Part shown: positions 58,197 through 64,000 of the stretch, in pieces
Position numbering within the stretch: the first letter of the stretch is position 1
How the letters are laid out: every line of letters begins with the position of its first letter
NCBI GenBank assembly: GCA_038729425.1
Contig: JAVYSB010000001.1
Span: 143,927 to 207,926 of the forward strand
DNA length: 64,000 nucleotides
Reading direction: 5' to 3'
From: Thermoplasmataceae archaeon
Lineage (GTDB): Archaea > Thermoplasmatota > Thermoplasmata > Thermoplasmatales > Thermoplasmataceae
Position numbers and translations under genes: made by a program
The notes under the pieces: generated by a model
Databases searched by the model: none
Told to the model about the DNA's origin: nothing
What the model saw: only the letters and a program-made list of their open reading frames with translations

Positions 58197-58341
58197 CTTG
58201 AGCAAATCTAACGTGGAGAAATTGTCTAAGGAAGTAGTGAGCATGAGAAAGGAACTTGAGGACGTTAAGGAAGTGCTTAAGGGTCTTATACAGGTAGTAA
58301 TGAGCCGTGATGGTGCTCTGGATGACGACGAATATAACTAG
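58183..58341 (+). CDS. Small coiled-coil peptide (52 aa), hypothetical
   Basis: My manual translation gives MKEDNLSKSNVEKLSKEVVSMRKELEDVKEVLKGLIQVVMSRDGALDDDEYN*. Its ATG overlaps the csl4 3' end by 14 nt, and it ends 11 nt before the Sm gene. It falls below the ORF-track cut-off. Confidence 0.35.
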   Translation: MKEDNLSKSNVEKLSKEVVSMRKELEDVKEVLKGLIQVVMSRDGALDDDEYN

Positions 58342-58352
58342 GTGAAATAAGA

Positions 58353-58568
58353 ATGATAATGCCGATGAAAATGCTGGAAGACAATCTGAACAGGAAGGTC
58401 GCGCTGCTGCTTAAAGATAATAGGATACTTGAAGGAACGCTAACAGGTTACGACGAATACATGAACATGGTGCTTTCAGATGTCCAGGAAAATTCTGAGA
58501 CTGTGACGAGAAAACTGGGGACGGTCGTAATAAGGGGAAGCAACGTAGTCAGGATTGTAGCTTCCTGA
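58353..58568 (+). CDS. Sm-like archaeal protein (SmAP/LSm)
   Basis: Sm1 is KVALLLKDNRILEGTLTGYDEYMNMVLSDV and Sm2 is VVIRGSNVVRI. Length is 71 aa. Confidence 0.9.
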   Translation: MIMPMKMLEDNLNRKVALLLKDNRILEGTLTGYDEYMNMVLSDVQENSETVTRKLGTVVIRGSNVVRIVAS

Positions 58569-58717
58569 ATTTTTCACCCTATTTTCTCTCCTCGCTGAAT
58601 GTTCTCAATCCCTGCAAACTAAAATGCGGTCGTTACCAACTTTACTTTCTGATTTATGTCTCATGCATGCTGATTGTCAGACAAAAAGATTTAATTCGAT
58701 GTAGGTTATTCATAGGC

Positions 58718-59029
58718 ATGGCAGAATCCAAAAAGAACACTCGGAACCTTAATGAGATCATCAGGGAGACGAGGGAGAGTGTTCTGAAGGATCTCCCCCC
58801 TGTACTTGTCCCTGTCTGGCAGATCAAGATCAGAGAGAGATTCGGCATAAACGTGGACAGGGAAATAGCTGAATACGTTGTTCTCGCAGCACACGAGAAG
58901 GGTACCTGGAAGAAGCAGAGGGCAGCAAGGAAAATAGAGAGGATACTCAGGATAAGAGGATTAAGCAAGGAAGATTCTGAAAAGATGGCCATACAGATAG
59001 TCGATCTAGTTGTTGGCACGACCCAATAA
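58718..59029 (+). CDS. Hypothetical basic helical protein (103 aa)
   Basis: The ORF starts at the internal ATG MAESKKNTRNL... No recognisable domain. The 3' end overlaps the next gene by 20 nt. Confidence 0.4.
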   Translation: MAESKKNTRNLNEIIRETRESVLKDLPPVLVPVWQIKIRERFGINVDREIAEYVVLAAHEKGTWKKQRAARKIERILRIRGLSKEDSEKMAIQIVDLVVGTTQ

Positions 59030-59633
59030 GATTAATTTGTACACAAAGAAACAACTTGAAATCAAGCTCAGCCATCTTGAATTGAGTGAAAATCTTAATT
59101 CAAATCTGGAACAGTATCCAACGGATTCAGGAAATGCTGCTTGGGTCGTTTTCAAAGCGGCACTTGATGGCAATGTTACTGGCAAGAATGTTATTGATCT
59201 AGGAACCGGAAATGGAATTTTTGCCATTGGAGCCAGCCTAATGGGAGCATCGTCTGTGTACGCCTTTGATGCAGACAGTTCACAGATAGCTGTTGCAAGA
59301 GGAAACGCCAAGGGTCTGAACATTGTATTTGAGACCAAAGATGTAATGCTAGTTCATGGGCATTATGACACCGCGTTCATGAATCCTCCTTTTGGATCGG
59401 TTTCCCCACACGCAGATACCCCATTTTTATCAAAAGCACTGGAAGTCGCTGATTGGATATATTCCATTCATAATGCCAGGACTTCCGAATTTGTAAAATC
59501 TTTCTACGAAGAAAGAGGGGAAATCATTTATTCCGAGTTCATAAGTCTGAGAATGCCTCATCTCTATGATTACCATACGCGCGAAGTCCAAAACATACCT
59601 GCAATTTTCTACTGTGTTAGGAGCAGCAAATAA
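59010..59633 (+). CDS. METTL5-like N6-adenine RNA methyltransferase (NPPF motif)
   Basis: LEQYPTD, VIDLGTGNGIFAIGA (motif I) and FMNPPFG (motif IV). There is no in-frame ATG near the 5' end, so the start is apparently a TTG. Confidence 0.65.
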   Translation: MLARPNKINLYTKKQLEIKLSHLELSENLNSNLEQYPTDSGNAAWVVFKAALDGNVTGKNVIDLGTGNGIFAIGASLMGASSVYAFDADSSQIAVARGNAKGLNIVFETKDVMLVHGHYDTAFMNPPFGSVSPHADTPFLSKALEVADWIYSIHNARTSEFVKSFYEERGEIIYSEFISLRMPHLYDYHTREVQNIPAIFYCVRSSK

Positions 59634-59724
59634 CAGGAAATCTGTATCTTTGCACAAAGTCTATTAATTCTTTTAATTTCCCGTAGTGTTGTCTGTCCGC
59701 CTACTTCAGTACAGGCGTATCAAT

Positions 59725-59798
59725 GGCCGGGGTGGGGTAGTGGATATCCTTGGGGACTGTGGATCCCCGGACCCGGGTTCAATTCCCGGACCCGGCCC
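59725..59798 (+). tRNA. tRNA-His (GTG) with a genomically encoded G-1
   Basis: G GCCGGGG ... GGGGA CTGTGGA TCCCC GGAC CCGGG TTCAATT CCCGG ACCCGGC C. The anticodon loop CTGTGGA gives GTG. The extra 5' G opposite C73 is the His identity element. The exact ends are accurate to +/-1 nt. Confidence 0.8.
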
Positions 59799-60074
59799 TA
59801 ATAAACTCTACTTATTTTCCAAACTGGTTTCCATTGGATCTTTCTGATGCCAGAAAACAGTTGCGTTCAGAATCATCATGTGCAGTTTTTTCTCTGGCTT
59901 TTCAGGGTCTGACAGAATTTTCTTTGAGTAAACAGCTTTACTGGTTTCATGAAAGAACCCTCATTCGGTGATAGCCATTTCAATGCAATCTGAACTACTT
60001 GATAAGAAAGTTTAAAATAACATACCAGTTGTAAGCTACAATGATTTCGGAGAAGTATCATGAGGAGGTTTTAA

Positions 60075-60677
60075 ATGGCAGACGCTTTTGAGAGCCCTTT
60101 TACTAAGGCCCTATCAGCTGATCCGGCACCGCTTGGACTTGCAGGTTTCGCATTCACAACGTTCCTGCTCAGTTTCACAAATGCCGGTATTATTTCGGCA
60201 GGGGGGGCGGTGGTTCCCCTCGCAATCGCGTACGGTGGACTTGCCCAGTTGATGGCGGGAATCTTTGAGATGCGGAAGGGAAACACCTTTGGCTTCACTG
60301 CGTTCTCGAGTTACGGAGCATTTTGGTTGTTTTATGCACTGCTTAACCTGCTGGCCGGGATGAATCTCATTACCATCAGCGCTCACGAGGTTGGCCTTGC
60401 TTTAGTTCTCTGGGGAGTTTTCACGCTGTACATGTGGCTACCAGCGATGATGGCAAACTTTAGCCTGAATTTGACCTTCTTCTTCCTGTGGCTTGCGTTT
60501 TTCCTACTGGGCGCTGCAAATCTGACAGGTTCATTGGCACTGATGCACGCTGGAGGGTACGTAGGTATGTTAACCGCCTTCTTCGCCGCGTATACCAGTT
60601 TCGCCATTGTGACGAACTTCATGAGACCTGGAACCCTGCCGCTCGGACCTGGACTCTTTAAGAAAAAATCTGCTTAA
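60075..60677 (+). CDS. satP: GPR1/FUN34/YaaH (SatP) family acetate/succinate channel
   Basis: DPAPLGLAGFAFTTFLLS matches the family signature (N/D)PAPLGL. About 6 TM, 200 aa. A GGAGGT lies 8 nt upstream of the ATG. Confidence 0.8.
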   Translation: MADAFESPFTKALSADPAPLGLAGFAFTTFLLSFTNAGIISAGGAVVPLAIAYGGLAQLMAGIFEMRKGNTFGFTAFSSYGAFWLFYALLNLLAGMNLITISAHEVGLALVLWGVFTLYMWLPAMMANFSLNLTFFFLWLAFFLLGAANLTGSLALMHAGGYVGMLTAFFAAYTSFAIVTNFMRPGTLPLGPGLFKKKSA

Positions 60678-60692
60678 ACTCCAAAATAACTA

Positions 60693-60715
60693 TTTTTTAT
60701 TTTTCCCTATTTTTT
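60693..60715 (+). terminator. Oligo-T tracts after satP
   Basis: ttttttatttttccctattttt begins 16 nt after the stop. Confidence 0.35.
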
Positions 60716-60782
60716 AATATGTTTGTTGGCATAATAGCTGTAGTTTCCAAATATTGATATAATGTTAATAGTATAGTTAATC

Positions 60783-62732
60783 ATGGCTGAAGGAACAACA
60801 AACGGTGGCGAGGTCCTACCCACGGGAGAGACCTATCACCCAAACATAGAACTCTATAAGCAGGACTATAGGGAATCAATAGAACACCCAGAAGCATTCT
60901 GGGAGAAGCACGCACAGATTCTCGACTGGAACAGAAAATGGGATAAGGTTCTGGACGACTCCAACCCGCCTTTTTATAGATGGTTTGTTGGAGGTAAGCT
61001 GAATGCTTCCTTTAACGCCCTCGATAGGCATTTACACAGAAACAGGAGAAACAAGGCAGCCTATATATGGGTCGGAGAGAACGGGGAAGAGAAGATAGTA
61101 ACATACGACGGGCTATACCTGAGGGTCAACAACTTTGCGAAAGCACTGAAAGATCTGGGCGTAAAGAAAGGGGACAAAATAATCATCTACTTGCCGATGC
61201 TGATCGAAGCCCCGGTGGCAATGTTGGCCGCAGCCAGGATAGGAGCGGTATTCTCATTTGTATTTGCCGGGTTCGGCGCCGGTGCACTGGCAGAGAGAAT
61301 CAATGATTCCAAAGCCAAACTTGTGGTGACTGCCGATGGCGCCTTCAGAGGGGGGAAGATCGTGAAGCTGAAGGATATTGTTGATGAAGCCCTGGTTCAC
61401 TCTTCCACCGTTGAAACTGTTGTCGTTGTGGAGCGGACAAAGCACGGAATCCAGATGCAGGAAGGCAGGGACCTCTGGTGGCATGACATAGTAGGAACCT
61501 CCCAGACCTATGTTGAGCCGGAGTGGCTAGACTCCACTGATCCTCTGTACATACTGTATACTTCCGGAACAACTGGAAAACCAAAAGGTGCTGTTCACGG
61601 AAATGGCGGATATTCTGTCTGGGTAGCTGATACGCTTAAATGGGCGTTCAACCCGGGCGAGGATGACAGATGGTGGTGCGCTGCTGATATTGGTTGGGTT
61701 ACCGGGCACAGCTATATTGTCTTTGGGCCTTTGTTCCTTGGGCTTACCTCAATAATGTATGAGGGGGCAATAACGTATCCCGCACCTGACAGGATATGGA
61801 ACATTATAGAGAAGTACAGGGTCAATCTATTGTATACCTCCCCTACAGCGATCCGAACTCTAATGAGGTACGGTGAGAAGTATCCGGAAAAACATGATCT
61901 GAGTTCGCTAAGGATTCTTGGAACCGTTGGAGAACCAATAAACCCCGCTGCTTGGAGATGGTACTATGAAAACATCGGGCACTCAAACAGCCCTATCATC
62001 GACACATACTGGCAAACTGAAACCGGTGGATTCATGATCGCCCCGCCGCTTGGACTCGGTTTACCACCCCTGAAACCCGGATCAGCCACATTTCCGATGC
62101 CTGGTGTTTCGCCGGTAATACTGGATGAGAAAGGAAACCCAACTCCTGACGGCGAGAAGGGGTACATTGCATATGAAAGACCGTGGCCAGGAATGTTCAT
62201 GACACTGAATAACGATCCGGAGAGGTTCAAGAAAGTGTATTTTGAGAAATACCCGGGCAAATATTTCTGTGGTGATTACGCAATAAAGGATAAGGACGGA
62301 TACTACTGGCTGCTCGGAAGGGCTGATGAAGTGTTAAATGTCGCTGGGCACCGCCTGGGAACAATTGAAGTTGAAGATGCTCTTATAGCCTCCAATGAAG
62401 TCGCTGAATCTGCCGTATTCGGCCGACCTGATCCGGTCAAGGGAGAGGTGATCGTTGCCTTCGTCGTTGTAAAAGATGAATTCGAGAATGACAGTGACGT
62501 CGTGAACAAGGTAAGGCAGCGTATCAGGTCAGATCTTGGCCCAGTATATGTCCCGGAGGAGATACATATTGTAAAGAGCCTGCCAAAGACGAGAAGCGGA
62601 AAGATCATGAGAAGGGTTGTCAAGGCAGTGGCCCTTAACCAGTTGCCCGGTGATATCAGTACTCTTGAGAATTCAGCTTCTGTCGAGGAGATCAAATCTG
62701 CAATTGAGTTCTTCAGGAAGGAAACTTCCTGA
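60783..62732 (+). CDS. acs: Acetyl-CoA synthetase (AMP-forming)
   Basis: HPEAFWEKHA..., YTSGTTGKPKG and the C-terminal PKTRSGKIMRR. Length is 649 aa. Confidence 0.92.
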   Translation: MAEGTTNGGEVLPTGETYHPNIELYKQDYRESIEHPEAFWEKHAQILDWNRKWDKVLDDSNPPFYRWFVGGKLNASFNALDRHLHRNRRNKAAYIWVGENGEEKIVTYDGLYLRVNNFAKALKDLGVKKGDKIIIYLPMLIEAPVAMLAAARIGAVFSFVFAGFGAGALAERINDSKAKLVVTADGAFRGGKIVKLKDIVDEALVHSSTVETVVVVERTKHGIQMQEGRDLWWHDIVGTSQTYVEPEWLDSTDPLYILYTSGTTGKPKGAVHGNGGYSVWVADTLKWAFNPGEDDRWWCAADIGWVTGHSYIVFGPLFLGLTSIMYEGAITYPAPDRIWNIIEKYRVNLLYTSPTAIRTLMRYGEKYPEKHDLSSLRILGTVGEPINPAAWRWYYENIGHSNSPIIDTYWQTETGGFMIAPPLGLGLPPLKPGSATFPMPGVSPVILDEKGNPTPDGEKGYIAYERPWPGMFMTLNNDPERFKKVYFEKYPGKYFCGDYAIKDKDGYYWLLGRADEVLNVAGHRLGTIEVEDALIASNEVAESAVFGRPDPVKGEVIVAFVVVKDEFENDSDVVNKVRQRIRSDLGPVYVPEEIHIVKSLPKTRSGKIMRRVVKAVALNQLPGDISTLENSASVEEIKSAIEFFRKETS

Positions 62733-62741
62733 ACGATCATA

Positions 62742-62751
62742 TTTTATTTTT
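62742..62751 (+). terminator. Oligo-T tract after acs
   Basis: ttttattttt lies 10 nt after the stop. It is preceded by the short hairpin aggaag-gaaa-cttcct, which spans the last codons. Confidence 0.35.
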
Positions 62752-62833
62752 AGAGTCAACTATCGACCCGACCACTGGCTTAAGTCCCCACCCTCTAGTT
62801 GTAAAAATAAAATGAAAACCGGGTTTTCCGGTT

Positions 62834-63748
62834 TCAGTATTTCAAAAGTGTGTAAATCAGAGCCTTAGCTGTGTGCATTCTGTTCTCTGCTTCGTCAAAA
62901 ATCACGCTGTTGATCCCTGACGCCACGGAATCAGTAACTTCAACGCCCCTGTGCGCTGGAAGGCAGTGCATAAAAAGATAGTCTCTCTTTGCATGAGATA
63001 CCAGTTCGTCGTTGACCTGATATTTCCCAAACAGCTTCTCCTTTTCATTCCTTATTGATTCCTCCCCCATGGAAATCCACACATCAGTGTAAACGATATC
63101 AGCGTCATTAACTGCTTCTACGGGAGATTCAACAATCTCGACTTTTGACCCGTTTTCCCTGGCAATCCTTCTGGCTGTTTCTGTTATTTCCTTGTTCGGA
63201 GTGTTCGTCTTTGGGCAACCTACGGATATATCCATGCCCAGTAAAGCAGCTCCAAGCAAAAGAGAATTTGAAGTATTGTTTCCATCGCCCACATAAGAAA
63301 ATTTGAGGTCCCTATACCTTCCCTTTTTCTCAAGAACCGTCATGAAATCAGCCAATATCTGTGTAGGATGCTCCCTGTCGTCAAGTGCATTTATGACCGG
63401 GACTCTTGAGTGCCTTGCCAGTTCGAGCACGTTTTCATGCTTGAATGCCCTGTAGGAGATAACGTCCAGATACCTAGATATAACGGAGGCCGTGTCAGCT
63501 ATGGTTTCTCCGCGCCCGATCTGCATGTCGTTTGGATTCAGGTAAACGGCATGACCTCCAAGCTGCACCATTGCAGTTTCTAGCGAAATGCGCGTACGGG
63601 TGCTCGGCTTCTCAAATATCATCCCTAGCACGCGGTTTCTGGTCTCATCAATGGTACGGTACCTGTCTCTCTTCATCCTTATAGCAAGGTCGATTATCTC
63701 CTGAAAATCTCTCTCCATATCCAGGACAGATATAATGTCTCTTTTCAT
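62834..63748 (-). CDS. argF: Ornithine carbamoyltransferase
   Basis: FEKPSTRTRISLE, YVGDGNNTSNSL and FMHCLPAHRG motifs. Length is 304 aa. Confidence 0.88.
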   Translation of the reverse strand: MKRDIISVLDMERDFQEIIDLAIRMKRDRYRTIDETRNRVLGMIFEKPSTRTRISLETAMVQLGGHAVYLNPNDMQIGRGETIADTASVISRYLDVISYRAFKHENVLELARHSRVPVINALDDREHPTQILADFMTVLEKKGRYRDLKFSYVGDGNNTSNSLLLGAALLGMDISVGCPKTNTPNKEITETARRIARENGSKVEIVESPVEAVNDADIVYTDVWISMGEESIRNEKEKLFGKYQVNDELVSHAKRDYLFMHCLPAHRGVEVTDSVASGINSVIFDEAENRMHTAKALIYTLLKY

Positions 63749-63752
63749 GTAA

Positions 63753-64000
63753 TCACTTCAGCAGTTCAGGTATATCATTCGGGTAATTAGCGACTTCGAC
63801 GCCGGCGGTGTTGAATGCCTTTATCTTTGATTCGGCTGTTCCCACACCTTTCTCTATGATGGCACCTGCATGACCCATCCTTTTGCCTGGCGGTGCGCTG
63901 CGTCCTGTTATATAAGCAACGACCTTTTTGGTTATATGACTCTTTATGTATTCTGCAGCCCGTTCCTCGTTGTTTCCTCCTATCTCTCCAACAAGAACGA
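63753..64000 (-). CDS. sucD: Succinate--CoA ligase alpha subunit, C-terminal fragment (the gene runs off the window)
   Basis: My manual translation gives ...[81 protein letters not shown]. It contains the phosphohistidine loop GHAGA. Confidence 0.85.
   Translation of the reverse strand, partial: VLVGEIGGNNEERAAEYIKSHITKKVVAYITGRSAPPGKRMGHAGAIIEKGVGTAESKIKAFNTAGVEVANYPNDIPELLK

Overview
Overall: this is a densely coded 64-kb piece of an archaeal chromosome. It most resembles an acidophilic, aerobic member of the Thermoplasmatales. The archaeal signal comes from Orc1/Cdc6, aIF5A, ribosomal proteins L10e and L40e, an Sm protein, exosome Csl4, ArcS, aTrm56, class V FBP aldolase/phosphatase and a two-subunit 2-oxoacid:ferredoxin oxidoreductase. 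The acidophile/aerobe signal comes from a heme-copper oxidase operon carrying a sulfocyanin-like blue copper protein. All calls rest on motif recognition by eye; no database search was possible.

Inventory: I support about 70 protein genes and 4 tRNAs (Asn-GTT and Met/Ile-CAT in tandem, Gln-CTG, His-GTG). I see no rRNA, no CRISPR array and no intact mobile element. Three real-looking small genes fall below the 60-aa cut-off of the ORF track: L40e, an AbrB/SpoVT-like protein and a coiled-coil peptide. Many genes have a TATA-like box about 25-30 nt upstream of the start codon, which suggests leaderless mRNAs. Internal operon genes use ATGA-type overlaps or GGAGG sites.

Most of the window is core metabolism and information processing. 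Candidates for undescribed biology, in my order of interest:
1. A five-gene minus-strand module (48596-55805). A 1179-aa N-anchored surface protein with about 55 N-x-S/T sequons and three tandem ~225-aa modules heads a tightly coupled set: small single-pass protein, MoxR AAA+ ATPase, DUF58 protein, polytopic membrane protein.
2. A co-transcribed pair (14260-16590): a receiver-like + DUF835/KaiC-like protein, followed by a two-lobed KaiC/GvpD-like P-loop ATPase.
3. A 96-aa protein (31691-31981) whose C-terminus (EEEDEAESGMGFMFG) looks like a ribosomal P-stalk tail.
4. A ~1.9-kb stretch of broken or unassignable reading frames next to the tandem tRNAs (3240-5160).
5. A convergent pair of full-length paralogs with no recognisable domain (37-2035).
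6. Uncharacterised membrane genes embedded in the sulfocyanin/oxidase operon.
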